A stretch of 64,000 bases of DNA from the human T2T-CHM13v2.0 reference genome, Homo sapiens (GCF_009914755.1 NC_060940.1), one strand, 5' to 3'. Shown: positions 1-14,961, counted from the stretch's first letter. The notes: generated by a model not told the origin, from the letters alone. Numbers and translations: made by a program.

Positions 1-999
1 CAACTCAAGAACTAGAATATTGCCAATAGTGATTACTCCTCCATATGTGCTCCTCTCGAACTGGCCCCATGACCACCTCCCTGCATTTGCCCCTAAGATA
101 AGCACGGTCCTGAATTCTGTGTTTCTCATTCCCTTGTATGGGTTTGTATAGTTTTATCACATGTAAATGTATATCCAGACAACGTATTGCTTTGTTTTGC
201 CTGCTTTTGAGCCTCACAAAAAGGGTACACTCTACACAGTCTTCCGGGAGCTTTCCTTTCTGCAAAGACGCTTTTACTGGGTTTTCTGCTTCTCGCGGCT
301 AAAGGCACTCCAATCACATAGCATCTTCTAGAAGGGAGGAAGAAAAGCCTACTTTCAACAGACAGAAACGCAAGTTAGATCTTTTCTTCTTTCCTGTTTC
401 TTGCACTTCATTTGGCTATGGATCTGTTCTGGGTCTCCCAAGGGTCACTGCAGAAATGCCTTCCTTCTGAATTAGTGTGTGAGGGGGTTCATGTGCTCCT
501 GGCTTGGCTGCCCTGCTGGCACGGGGTCCAGGTATGAGAGACCCTGCTCAGAGCCCCAAGCCACACGGAGAAGCCTCGGCCCCTGAGGAATTTTTCTGAT
601 GCTTTTGAATCTCCCCTGGGAATCATTTTCCCCTTTCCATCCCAAATATGGGCTGAGGCTCTGGAAGGCGTGGGAGAACTAATTTGACGTGAGTGTAAAC
701 ACTTCCATGCCAGTGGAACCTTGGCCAGCAGGAATTCCAAGCCATCCAAGAATTCTGCCAACCTAGAGTTGGACTTTGGCTGGGACCCTCTGGTGTAGCT
801 ACTTTTAGCTGGGAACATTTTTTTCCCAGACTCTGGGAGGCCACACTTGAAGGATTACAATTTCCTCAACAAAGACCCCACGGTGACAAGGGGCATTTCT
901 GCATTGAGTTAACCATTTACATGCCTGCCTCCCAAATTTCCCTGTTTTAGGGGGTGGCATCTACCTAATTGCTAAGACCCAGGGCTCAGGAGGCAAAGA

Positions 1000-1125
1000 A
1001 ACCTGGCTCTACTTCTGGGTCTACCTCTTATTGAGAGGATAATAATACCTGCCTCTAGAGATGCGAGGATCAAATGAAATAATAATATATATAAAAATAC
1101 TTGCATATGGTAGTGCTTGTACCAG
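1000..1125 (+). mobile_element. MIR fragment
   Basis: MIR core-like gaggataataatacctgcct...gaggatcaaatgaaataat. Confidence 0.55.
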
Positions 1126-1510
1126 TCAGTCCAAGCAAGGCTGTGCTGCAGTAGCAAGCATCCCTGCAAGCTCAGTGGCTAATCACTACAGAAGTTTATT
1201 TTTCACTCCCATGAAGCTTGCTGTAGGTCCAAGACCACCCTCCGGGGCAGACTTCTTCTAGATGTGATACATAATCCAGAAGATCAAATTGCAGCTCCAT
1301 CACTTCAACTCAAAGCCTCCATGTTCACTGTGGCAGAGGAAGAAATTAACTAAATAATTGGCCAGAACATTTCTGCTCTCAGTTAACTAGCCAAGACTAG
1401 CCCATGGTTCCACCTCACAGCAAGGGTACTGGGATATATAGTTTTCTGTATGTCCAGGAAGGAAAACTGAGCCTGATGTTGCAGAGCATTGTAACGTCAA
1501 CCACAGTGTT
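1125..1510. mobile_element. Old MaLR LTR (MLT1-like)
   Basis: ggctgtgctgcagtagcaa...ctcagtggct...agtttatttttcactc resembles MLT1 termini; heavily diverged. Confidence 0.45.
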
Positions 1511-2292
1511 TAATCAACATTAGTTTCCTGCCTTTATTTTCCACCCCCAAAGAGTTTAGAACCTATTTGAGGTGACAAGCATGTATAGATGAAAAGATCA
1601 ACATATTTTCCTTTATTCCTTAGAAGCATGCCATCCTTTGCATCATACAGAAGGCTTTTTCAGCCTCATTTCCACAGTACCCTCGGCAGCATTTTCCTTC
1701 TGGAACCCTAGGGAAGGGAAGACAGGGAATACAGTGATGGAGGCCTAATCAATGACTTGACAGGCAAGTGTCAGAACAGGCTGGCTTTTCAGAGAATGGC
1801 CAACTGCCCCAAGCCTCCAAGGAGGATAGAACATGAGGCGGGTACCTCCAGGGTTCCTTGTGGACAGAAAAAACAATGACAACCTCTCCCGTCCATTGAA
1901 TGTTTACTGTGTGCCAGACATCATGCTAAATGCTTCATGTGTCATCACTGAGGTGGTTATTATTAGCACCCCAATTTAACCAATGAGAAAATTGAGGCTC
2001 AGAGAGGAAAACTACCCTGCCAAAGTCATGCAGTGACAACCCAGGGAGGGAGGGTGGAAGGGCGGGGCAGAGGGAGTGGGACAGTCACAGTCTCTGGCTT
2101 AAGGAGGGGGTCAGGGATGCCTGGGTCCTCTCTCGTCCTTTCTGCTCATGCTGTAGCTGAACAGGCAAAGCAGAGGGAGTTGTTTGCAAAGCACCAAATG
2201 TGATAATATTCGAGAGGCCCTGCAAAACTCCAGGGTACTCACAGATAAAAAGCAGGATTTAACTTTTCAGGGTGGAAGCAAATATTTGCACC

Positions 2293-2918
<626 letters not shown>

Positions 2919-3210
2919 TCATTTGCACCTTTTGGAGAGAAGAAAGTTGAGGAGGAAGGAAAGGATTCTGCAGGTGGAGAGAAGGGTCTCTTCTTCCATG
3001 TAGGCTGGCCAAGATCAGGAACAAAGTCCCTTTTCCTTCTAAGTTGGGAAGTTGAGACCCAGGGCAGGGCAGGTTTTGCCCAGAGCTACACAGCCAGAAA
3101 GTGGCAGAAGCAGATGAGGACCTGGGTCTCCTGATGCCCTGTTTCCCCCAACACCAGTCCCCTCCACTGCTGCCTCTGGGACTGACAGAGAAAGGGAGGT
3201 CTATGGGCAC

Positions 3211-4043
3211 AAAGTCAGCAAGCAGCTGCCATGAGCCCTGTGTGCAGGCAGCGCTGGCCCAGTGCTGGGGAGTTGCTGTCCCCTCTCCTCTAGGCCAGCC
3301 TGGTCTGTCTTTGTAAGCCTGGAGCAGCAGGAAGTGAGTAGGAGTAGTTACACCCCCACTGCACTTCGGTCTCTAAAAGTGTCCCATTTTCCCTAAAGGT
3401 GATAGGTAATATATGTTCATGGTGTCTATTAGGATTCTGATAAGATGGCAGAAAAATCAAGATCAAGAGAAGGTGAACAAATGGGAGATAGGTTTCGCTT
3501 TGCGTTTACTACCCCACCCCTGCCAAGCAATGCAGCAGGCCTGCCCAGTAGCTCCCAGTCTCACCCTCCTGACATTCAAATAGCACTTGCTCCCTAGTAT
3601 GGATGTGACCTGTTCCCCAATCCCAGAACTTGATTTTGCCAGGAACTGAGATATGGAATCTTCACACTTGGATAGGCTGCTTGCAGGTGGAAGTGTGGGT
3701 GAGTTTTGCATCCCTGGATGTGCACAAGCTGGGGATGGTACAGATGTGGCATGCTGCAGGGGGGTGTTGCATGATGCGTGGGATGCTGGCTGCTCTCTCT
3801 TTGTCCCTCCAGACCCTGCTCCATGCCAGAGACAGCTCAGTCCCTTAACCTGCATCTTTCAGAAAATAGGACACTTTTGAAGACCAAAGTGCAGTGGAAG
3901 TATCACTACCCCTACTCCCTCCCTGCTGCTCCAGACTTGCAGAGACACACCAGGCTGACCTGGAGGAGAAGGGCCAGCAACTCCCCAGCACTGGGCCAGT
4001 GCTGTCTGCATACAGGGCTCATGGAAGCTGCTTGTTTGACTTT
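3211..4043. repeat. Inverted repeat: arms 3211-3409 and 3845-4043, about 85% identical, spacer about 435 bp
   Basis: Manual reverse-complement alignment. The ORF track shows near-identical peptides on opposite strands (HEPCVQAALAQCWGVAVPSPLGQPGLSL vs HEPCMQTALAQCWGVAGPSPPGQPGVSL). Confidence 0.92.
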
Positions 4044-4443
4044 CATCTTCCTTGTCCTCCGGCTTTTGCTTGGGTTTGGCCAATAGGAGGCACCGCTGGG
4101 AGATGGGAAGGAGGTAGGAGAGAGCAGTGGAGCCATACATTTTCTAGTCCTCTCCCTGCCAGGCCACACTTTGGTGGGTGCAGTCTTTCTCCCCTGAAAA
4201 GCCACAGCTCTTATCAAGTGGACCTCTCACCCATCACCCTCTCTGGGCTCTGATCACTGCTTGGTCCCCTTGTCTTTCGGGTCTAGTGGCTGTAAGGGCT
4301 TCCCATGGTGCTAGTTCCCCGGATGCCCCACCTCCCCTTCTGGTTCCCTGCCCGCATAAATACCCCCATCATTAAACTCTCCTCAGTTACCCTTGGGAAG
4401 GTGCCATCTGTCCATCTGTTTCCTGCCAGGCCTGACTGATACA
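4044..4443 (+). mobile_element. ERVL solo LTR, LTR33-like, apparently 5'-truncated
   Basis: ttgggtttggccaataggaggcac..., attaaactctcctc, and end ccatctgtttcctgccaggcctgactgataca. Confidence 0.65.
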
Positions 4444-5806
4444 AACAGGAAGGATGGGACCTTGACCTCCTGGTCCTAGTCTTTCCTAGATGCCACGCTT
4501 CCCGGGTCCCCGTGGTCATCTCGCAGTCCCAGCATTTCCGACCACAGAGCCCCTCAGTGTGCAGTGTGCCAGGCCTGCGCCGAGCTCCCACCAGCCTTAT
4601 TTATTTATTGAACAACATGCAAGCGGTTTCCTTTTGTGTTTAATGTGTCAGCATTTCAGTGTATTCGGACTTCAAGGCTTGGATTTTGTTGACAATAATG
4701 AGATCACCCAGACAATTATCGTTTGATTTTTCAGTTTGCCAGAGAGGGGAAGATTAAAGAAAAGTTAAGAAGCTTTGGCTGTTTCCTGTTATCCATTTGC
4801 TGGGAGGGGTGGGGGTGGGGTTGAGGGGCTGGAAGGAATAGAAAATCTAACTGCTTAAAAATGTCCACATCTGGAGACACCCAGACGGTGTGCATCCAAG
4901 CGGGCTTCACGCGTGTACAAAGGTGCCCTCGTGGGGTGACCCTTGAGGCAGGTAGAATGTTCCTGTCCCCAGACACTTTCCCATGTGAGGCCACAGGGTC
5001 TGAAAATCCATCAGTTCCAATATGCGGTCCTCCAATTTAAATCCTCGAGTGAGAGACAGAAGACTGGAATCCCACAATTGCTTATTATTATTATTTTGAT
5101 AGAACTATTGTTTCAGCACAGCCATGAATTTGTTGACGTGGAATGGCTTCCCTCCTTGGCCCGGGTTTTCTCCTCTGCAGAGGGAGGGGTGATTGAATGA
5201 GACGGTTCAACCCTGCCTGAGCCCTGCCTTCTATCCCCCACTGCTCCGCCTCAGTGTGTGTGGCTCATTGAGACCCCAGGGAGAGGCCTGAGGTTGCCGA
5301 GGGAAAGGAGGGTGCCAGAGGGAACAGTAGGTGCCAGAGCCTTCTTGACTTCCATTGTATGCTCTGAATGAGTCCCCAGTCCTGGGAGAACAGGTATCTA
5401 CTGGGGGCTTTCAGAGCACATCCCACAGGGCCCCAGGGAGGGGCGGGTGCCAGGGAGGACAAGGCCAGTCTACGGGGCTCGTCCGCCTTCCTCCATCCCT
5501 CCATCTGGGATTCCATCCTGTGACTGACAGGACACAGTATTTATGCTCAGAAAGACCCTCCAGAAATGCCTCCACCTCTGGCCATGCCCTCGGCACCCCT
5601 TCAACCATCTCATGCCCTTTCTAGAATACCAGGGAGACCTTCTCCCCATCAGGGGCAGCCTTTCCCTAGATCACCTTCTCTCTGTCTCCTTTCTGCTCAC
5701 CTTTCTAGACATGCTTGCCTTGGTGGTGTTGACTCTGTCCCTTCTCCCCATGCTTTCCAGCCTCATCACCTGGCCACCTCTCCCAGGTTGTCACACTGCC
5801 TGTCTA

Positions 5807-6563
<757 letters not shown>

Positions 6564-8339
6564 TGGAAGTCGGAATCTTTATGCAAAAAGAATGCTAGAC
6601 AAATGAGGAAACCAAGGCCCAATGAGAGGAGAAACCACTGCCTTCCAGCCTGGCTCAGAGCTGCAGCCCTTCATTGAGAGCTTGAATTCCCTACAGCAAG
6701 CAAGGGCCGCTTACTGAGTTTTTCACAAAGCTTTTATTTGCAGAGTTTTTCTGATTTTTGGTGTTCAAATGTCCATTCTTTTCTGAAATTCCAGTGATAA
6801 GGAATAGTTGCTGATTTCCTTTATAAATGTCCTTTCTTGGCCTAAAGCCCATTTTAAAAATTGGCACTATCATACGAATTCACCAAATCTGACTTTGACT
6901 TTCTGTGGTGGTCAATATCTGGGAGCATCTACCTCCGTAGCACACTGAGATGTGCATGGACCAGCATTTGCTAAACTCCTCTCTTGATGGGAGCTCCCAA
7001 TCTTCCCTGGAATGTGGTATAGGCTTATGGTAGCTCCTGGCCCAGGTCAGAGACTGCAGGTGGACCCAGTACCGCCAAAGTGGGTGGACGTTTACATCCA
7101 AGCCCAGCCACCCTGGCTCCCAAAGCCTCTTTCAGCCTCACATCGCTGCAGGTCAGAAAAAGAAGGACAAGATATTTCCTGCTCAATCAGTGATTATGTG
7201 TGGTTTTTCATTTTCATTCATTTCTTGGGTATTGTCTGAATAGTTACAATGAGCAGAATAATTTTTATAACCACCTCCAATAATCATTCCCATATTTTAA
7301 AAGGTATAGGTCCATAAATCTTTACTCTCCAATTTCAAAAGTAGTAATGACTCCTGGTGCAAAATTGGAAAATGAAGAAAAGGATGAGAATGTCTTTCTC
7401 CCATAAGAAAATGACTGATAGCGTTTTGGGTCTTTCCTTTCCATCCTTAGAACCATTTAGAAATGAAGGGCACAGCTGGCTGCCCTGTGGAAGGGCGTTC
7501 ATAGAGCAGGCGTCAAACACCTTTGCTTTGAGAAAGCAAAGTCCCTGGGGACAGGGATTAAGTACCGCTCCTCTCTGTATTCCCTCTCTTCAGAATGGCC
7601 TGCCCATCCCCCCAACCTCCCAGGACACTGATGTCAGCACAGTAGCAGCTTCCTTGACAAATATTTGTGGAGCTGAATAAAAAAGCAGCACAGAAGAGCA
7701 AACCCCTTGAGAGATGTCGGCCGACTCCCAGGCCTCCAGAACTTAGCTTGATGGACTTTGACAGACAGGGATTTGTTTCTTCGTGTTGTTTAGCTCAAAC
7801 CAGAGCTAAACCTCCTCATCGTCTCAAATGACCTGAAATGGTTTCCCAAGCAACCTGGGCAGACCCTGGGGAGTCCAGAAGGCATTCAGGGGCCCTGGAC
7901 CTCTGGGGCTGAAGATCTGCCTGCCGCTGTCCTGGAGGTCACAGGTTCCAGAAGGGCAGCAGATGCCTGAAGCCGCAGGGCTGCGGGAAGTGAGTGTGCA
8001 CATGTGTTGGGTGTAGGGGAGGGTTGAGCCAGGAGCAGGGTTCCAGCCTGGGCCTAGGGCATTGTCTGCAGGGGCAGGGAGCAGGAAGTGGCCTTAGGTA
8101 GCTGGGGACAGGATGAAGGGGAAGAATGGGGGCCACTCTTCCAAAAGCTAAATGCTTGATCCAGGGTAACTCCCAGGGGTGGGGTCTGGCCACTATTTGT
8201 CCAGGGCAAAGTGGCCTGGGGGTCACCGCCAAAGTTTGGCTGGGGGTTCCTCGTAAGAGCGGCCAGTCCCAGAGTGGAAGAGGAGCTGGGGCTGGGACAC
8301 CATGCAGTTCTGGGATCGGGGGCTTTGGGACCTGCAAGC

Positions 8340-8590
8340 CCTTCCAGTCATCAACAAAGTGGGGAAACTGAGGCCCAGACAGGAGCAAGGACTTTCCCAT
8401 GCTTCCTTAATGAGTTAATGGCAGAGCTTAATAAGTTAATGGGACCGTAGTGAGGGTGACTGTGGAGACCTGGGTTTGAGTCCCAGGTCCACTTATTAGG
8501 GGTGTGTGTGAGCCATGGGGCTTCAGCTTCTCTATCTGAGAAATGGAGATTAAACACAGTCCTGCAAGGGGCTGGCATGGGAGCCAGGGC
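8340..8590. mobile_element. MIR fragments
   Basis: ggggaaactgaggcccaga; gacctgggtttgagtcccagg...ttctctatctgagaaatgg. Confidence 0.55.
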
Positions 8591-9071
8591 TGATGTGGGC
8601 TAAGGGACGTACCAGCACGCTGTTTCTAACTGACTCCTCAACCAGAGTCCTGCACACTCTGCCTCACCAGGCTCCATGCTCTTGGTTTGGCCTCCAAGGC
8701 TCCCACGGCCACCTCAGTTCTTTTCCCTGCTCCTCCATTTGGCTTCTTGGGTCCACTGGTTTTTCTCCTATCCTTGGTCCTTTGTCTTCCCAGTGGAGGA
8801 CCAGCCTGGCTCCACACTCTCACTTTGAGTCGTCCCAGTTTCCCTTTCAGAGGACATGGTTGGGGAAAAGGTCTTTCTTCCAGGTCTGGGCATAGCTGAC
8901 CCGCTAAGGAGAGAAGCACAGCTTCTTGGGGATCCAGATGACTTGTCACCTGGGTTAATGGCTTTGAATGTTGGGGGAGACTCAACAAGGAAACTGCCAT
9001 CTCTGCACCCCAACCAGGTGCCCAGCACAGGATAGCCATTTAAGCCTCACAAAAACACTGTGATGTTTATG

Positions 9072-9368
9072 TTTTTGCTTTGTTTTGTTTTGTTTTAGAG
9101 TTGGGTTTCACTCTGTTGCCCAGGCTGGAGTGCAATGGCACTCTCAGTTTATTGCAGCCTCGACCTCCTAGGCTCAAGGGATCCTCCTGCTTCAGTCTCC
9201 TGAGTAGCTGGGATTACAGGTGCATACCACTATGCATAGCAAATTTTGAAATTTTTTGTAGAGACAGAGTCTCGCTATGTTGCCCAGGCTGGTCTCGAAC
9301 TCCTGGCCTAAAGCAATCCTCTCTCCTTGGCCTCCTAACTGTTGGGAGTGGCATGAGCCACCATGCCA
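9072..9368 (-). mobile_element. AluJ-like, inserted in a MIR
   Basis: Antisense Alu with J-type features; MIR (acagatgtggaaactgaggc) resumes near 9380. Confidence 0.88.
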
Positions 9369-10269
9369 TTCAATGTTTGTGTTCCTTATCCCCATTATAC
9401 AGATGTGGAAACTGAGGCCCAAGTTGTCAGAATCTCTTTCCTTTGGATGTTCTGCACTTATCTAGCCTGAATCCTCCAGGCCTGGAGCTAGGACTCTCTC
9501 CTGTCTTTCACTTTGATTGGTGGCCTCAGAGGCAGGGCCTGGGTGTCTTCTGGCATGAGGGCTGAGCAGGCATTTGCCTGCCACCAGCTCTAAGGGTCCC
9601 AGGAAGAAGGAGACCAAGAGGCTGGACATTCCTTGCTACAAACTCCAGCGTTCTAAGCACGGGGAGGCCTGGGGCGCAGCAGGGTGAAGGTGCCATTGCT
9701 GAGGGGTTTTAATGCTGTTCCCAAACAGCTCTGCCCTCAAAATGGACAGCCCTCAGTTTCCCTACAGAGCCTGGGTCTGGAGGTTACCCTTTGGGTGTTT
9801 CTTACCTCCCTGCCAGGTCTGCAAGGTCAGAGAAAACATAAACTCTTCTTGTCCCACCCTCAAGAAGGCAAGGTCTCTGAGAGCTCTGGGGCTGCCCTCA
9901 CCTGTGAGCTCCCATGAAGTCTCACCCAGGATCACACGGTGGGTAGAGGCAGAGGAGGGCTCTTACTGGGGTCTTTAGACTGAAACCCGCCTTTGTTCCC
10001 AGGACACTTTTGTTTTCCAAAACATTTTAGGTAAGGAAGTCTCTGTTTGCCCAAGTGACATACTATGTGTAACCCTGAGAAAACAGAGAAAAGGGCCATG
10101 ACTCGTGGAACACGGTTGAAAATCTTGCCTCTCTGCTGCTCAGCTCCTCAAGGGCAGGGGCAGGGGTGGGGTCATCCCATTTTTCCCTCTATCTTTCATG
10201 ATGTCCAGTGCTGGCCAGGCCACCAGCTGGATTCCATTTGTAGTGCTGTGTTGTGTGGCCTACAGAGTG

Positions 10270-11165
10270 ATTTTTATTTTACTTTTAATTTTTTAATAAG
10301 CTTTTTTTGCATAATTTACATACTGTAAAATGCTCCCTTTTTGGTGTACAGTTGTATGAATTTTGTCAGATCACCACCATAATCAATACATTAGATCATT
10401 TCCATCACTCCCCAAAATGTAACCCCCGCCATCTCCCTTTCGGGCAATCCCTGCCCCCATCTCCAATCCTTGTTAGCCACCATCTGTTTTCTGTCCCTAT
10501 AGTTTTGCCTTTTCTAGAATGTCCTAGAAATGGAATCCTACACTATGGAGACTTTTGAGTCAGAGTGCCTTGACTTAGCAGAATGCATTTGAGATTAGGT
10601 ATTTTATTTTATTGCATGTCTCGGTAGTTTATTCCTCTTTCTTGCTGATTAGTATTCTGTCATGGACATACCACAATTCATTTATCCATTCCCCAGGCAA
10701 GGGACATTTGGATTGGTGTTTACAGATAAAGCCATTATAAACATTCATAGATAGATTTTTGTGTGAACATAAATTTTTATTTCTCTTGGGTAAATACTTA
10801 GGAGTGGAATTGCTGGGTCACATAGTAAGAGTATGTTTAACTTTATATGAAACTGCCAAATGGTTTCCAATGTAATGGTACCATTTTGCATTCCTGCCAG
10901 CAAGGTAAGAGAGTTCCAATTGCCCAGCATATTCATTCACCAGCACTTGGTATTGGGAGTTTTTTTTTAAAAAAATGTAGCCATCCTAACAAGTGCACAG
11001 CATTAACTTATTGTGGTTTTAATTTGCATTTTCCTAAAGATTAATGTTAGGCATCTATTCATGGGCTCTTGTCCATCTGTAAGTCTCATTTGAAGAGTCC
11101 AACTCTTTTGCTTATTTTGTTTTTAATTGGGTTTTGAGAGTAATTTATATATTCTGGATACATTA
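10270..11165 (-). mobile_element. Ancient L1M 3' fragment
   Basis: ORF 10745..10936(-) resembles the ORF2 C-terminus (DPAIPLLSIYPREIK); L1 3' UTR-like sequence. Confidence 0.85.
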
Positions 11166-11229
11166 CAAAGTGTTTTTAAAAATAAGAATCTGTCACAGCC
11201 AAATAAATGAAGCAGTAAAAAAGAATCAG

Positions 11230-11452
11230 AATCTGTTTAAAATATTTAAAGGGACTCCTAGAGATCTCACGTAGACATGGATTTCTGGTTTCATTTGTTT
11301 TTAAAAAGGAAGATATGACAAGGCTGAGCTCAGCATCCCACGTGGCCACAATGGCAATGGCTGGTGGTGCTTGCACCCTTGCTGGGCTGTGTTCTCCAGT
11401 CTCTTTACATACCAACCTGGCTCCTGTGGGCATTTGCGTTTGAGACCCCCTG
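11230..11452. mobile_element. hAT-Charlie fossil (MER102-like)
   Basis: catcccacgtggccacaatgg...ctcctgtgggcatttgcgtttgagacccc; a related copy lies in the opposite orientation near 59652-59960. Confidence 0.5.
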
Positions 11453-11498
11453 AATAACACATTCTTTGTTTGACCCATGATGTGTGTTGTCTGCATAT

Positions 11499-11517
11499 AG
11501 AGCGCCCCCTGGGGCTG
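11499..11517 (-). promoter_or_regulatory. Candidate CTCF site
   Basis: Minus strand CAGCCCCAGGGGGCGCTCT compared with the consensus core CCACCAGGGGGCGCT. Confidence 0.5.
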
Positions 11518-11908
11518 AGTTCAGGTTTTGCACTGCTTTTCTTCCCATCTTCCCAATTGCCCCTTAACGGGGACTGAATCCCTCAAGCCCACTTATTCAA
11601 ATAACCACAAGATCCCTCTTTCTGCCCTTTGGTTCCTTGATGTTCCCACCTGTCCACCATACTGTGCCATTTGCATGGTAGTTTATGTGGGTAGCATCCC
11701 TTAGAGTTGTGCAGCGTGCAACCCTCACTGCCAAACATGCTGGTCCTCTTTGTTCTTCCCTAGCCCAGGGCTCTGGTGTTTGCTGTTTGCTCACCAGGTA
11801 GGAAGATGCTATGTCGCAGAGACCAGAACCTGATGTTGTCCCAAGACAAGCTCCCCTCTTGGCTTTTGGTTTTAAAAGTATAATTTCACTGCAAGGATTT
11901 TACTGGAC

Positions 11909-12099
11909 CAGTGGTTCTCAAACTTGAGCACGCACCAGTATCCCTTGGAAGGTTTGCCGAAACACAGATTACTGAGTTCCACTCCCAGAGTATCTGGTTC
12001 AGTAAGTATTAAGATGGCGTAAAAATGAATGTGCATTTGAAACAAATTTCCAGGTGGTGCAGGAGCTGCTGGTCCAGGACCACACTTTGAGGATTACCG
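11909..12099. mobile_element. MER5A-like (hAT-Charlie)
   Basis: cagtggttctcaaacttgagc...gctggtccaggaccacactttgag. Confidence 0.8.
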
Positions 12100-14237
12100 T
12101 ATTAGATTATCCTGTCAGGGAGAGGGAGGAGGAGAGAGACTCTGAGTGGAGGAGGTTGACTTTGGGAGAGGAGGTGATGAGAGGAAAATTAAAGTCCCTG
12201 AGAGTGTGAATTCTATAATCCTTAAAGTAGTAGGACAGTACCTGGGAAGAGGGGGGTGGTGGTCCCTCCAAAGGAAACAGCTACACCTAGAGTGGCTGGA
12301 CTGAGTTTCTAGGCCTTGGCAAAGATCCTATGCTCAGGTGTGGCTGGAGGCATCATAGCTGCAGCCTCTGAGGGACCCTGTAGTGTTGTGCAGCTCTGCT
12401 GTGGGGTGGGGACCCATCAACAGTGACCAGTCAGGCTGCTGGGAGGGTGCTTGGAGTCATATTTCTTTAGTCTTATTATTTACTATTTATTAAAAATATT
12501 TTCCAAGCTTTATTGAAGTATACTTGGCAAGTTAAAATTGTATATATTTGCAGTGTACAATGTGATATTTTTGAAATACATACACATTATGAAATAATTA
12601 CCAACATCAAGCTAATTAACATGACCATCACCTTACATAATTGTGTGTGTGTGTGTTGGGAATATTTAAGATCTATTCTCTTAGTAAATTTAAAGTATAC
12701 AGTATGACTTTAACTATAGTCACCATACTGTACCTTAGATATCCACAACTTATTCATTCTTCAAAGCTGAAACTTTGATCCCTTTGACCATTTCCCACAG
12801 CCCTAGCACTGACAACCACTATTCTATTCAATCTTCTGTGAGTTCAGCTTTTTAAGATTCCACATATAAGTGAGATCATACAGTATTTGTCTTTCTGTTT
12901 GGCTTTTTCACTTAACATTATGTCCTCCAGGTTCACCCATGTTGTCACAAGTGACTGGATTTCCTTTTACTCTAAGACTGGATAGTATTCCATTGTATGT
13001 GTGCAACACACACACACACACACAATTTTCTTTATCCATTCATTCATTGATGTAGTCTTAGTTGTATGGAACATGATGATGTTCCATATCTTGGCTATTG
13101 TGAATATTGCTGCAGTGAACTTGAGAGTCTATTTGAGATACTGATTTCACATCCTCCAGATATATACCTGGAAGTGGATTGCTCGATCATATGGTTGTTC
13201 TAGTTTTAACGTTTTGAGGAACATCCATAATGTTTTCCATAATGGCTGTACCAATTTACATTCCCAACAACAGTGTATGAGGGTTCATTTTTCTCTACAT
13301 TCTTTCAAATACGTACCTTTTGTCTTTTTGATTATGGCAGTTCTAATAGGTGTGAGGTGATCTCATTGTGGTTTTGATTTACATTTCCCTCATTAGTGAT
13401 ATTGAGCATTTTTTAATATACCTGTTGGCCACTTGTGTGTCTTCTTTTGAGAAATGTCTACTTAGGTCATTTGTCCTTTTAAAAATTGGGTTGTTTCCTT
13501 GCTATTGAGTTGCTTGAGTTCCTTATATATTTTTGAAATTAATCCATTATCAGACATATTGTTTGCAAATATTTTCTCCTATCCCATAGATTATCTCTTA
13601 ACTCCTATTCCACAGGTTGTTTCCTTTGCTATGCAGAAGCTTTGTAGTTTGATGTAATTCCATTTGTCTATTTTTGCTTTTGTTGCCTGTGCTTTTGAGG
13701 CCATATCCAAAAAATCATTGCCTAGATCAATGTCAAGAAGCTTTTTCACTGTGTTTTCTTCTAGTAGTTTTATTGTTTAGGCTTTGTGTTTAAGTCTTTA
13801 CTCCATCTTGAGTTGATTTCTGTATATGATGTGAGATAAATGTCCAATTCCATTGTTCTGCCTTTGAATATCTAATTTTCCCAACATCATTTATTGAAGA
13901 GATTGTCCTTCCCCCATTTGTGTTCTTGGCACCTTAGTCAAAGATCAATTGACTGTAAATGTGTGGACCTATTCTGGGGCTGTCTATTCTACTCCACTGG
14001 TCTACATGTCTGTTTTTATGCTGGTATCAGGCTGTTTGATTACTATAGCTTTGTCCTATATTTTAAAATCAAGTAGTGTGATGCATCCAGCTTTGTTCTT
14101 CTTGCTCAAGATTTCTTGTCTGTTTAGGATGTATTGTGGTTCCATATGAATTTTAGAATTGTTTTTTCTATTACTGTAAAAAATACCGTTGGGAATTTTG
14201 AAGGGATTGCATTGAATCTACAGTTTGATTTGGGTAG

Positions 14238-14593
14238 GGCTATAGTTTGAATGTGTTCCCCCAGAAACATGTGTTGTAAACTTAATCCCCAATGTGACAG
14301 TGTTGGCAGATGGGGCCTAATGGGAGGTGTTTAGGTCATGAGGTCTCCACCCTCCTGAATGAATTAATACCTATTGTAAAAAGATTTGAGGCTGTGAACT
14401 AGATCTTTTGTTCTCTTTCACCCTCTCTTTGACTTTACACCATGGATGACACAGCAAGAAGGCCCTCACCAGATGACAGCCCCTCAATCTTGGATTTCCT
14501 AGACTCCAGAGCTGTAAGACATAAATTTCTTTTCTTTGTAAATAACCCAGTCTCTGGTATCCTGTTATTACATGCACAAAGCAGACTAAGACA
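14238..14593 (+). mobile_element. MST (MaLR) solo LTR inside the L1
   Basis: gctatagtttgaatgt...gactaagaca; 5-bp TSD GGTAG/GGCAG. Confidence 0.85.
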
Positions 14594-14836
14594 GGCAGTA
14601 TGGATATTTTAATAATATTAATTCTTCAAATCCAGGAACATGAGATATCTTTCCATTTATTTGTGTCTTCTTCAATTTCTTTCATCAGTGTGTTACAGTT
14701 CTCGATGTACAGATCTTTCACTTCCTTGGTTAAATTCATTCCTGAATTTTTTTGATGCTGTTGTACATGGGATTGTATTCTTAATTTATTTTTCAAATAT
14801 TTTGTTGTTAGTATAGAGAAATCCCACTGATTAAAA

Positions 14837-14961
14837 TTTTTTTTTAAGAGATGGGGTCTTGCTGTGTTGCCAAGGCTGGCCTCAAACTCCTAGGCTCAAG
14901 TTATCCCATTGTCTCAGCCTCTCAAGTAGCTAGGACTACAAGTGATCACCATCATGCTTGG
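14837..14961 (-). mobile_element. Alu monomer (FLAM/FRAM-like) inside the L1
   Basis: Single antisense Alu arm; TSD-like ccactgatt on both sides. Confidence 0.8.
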
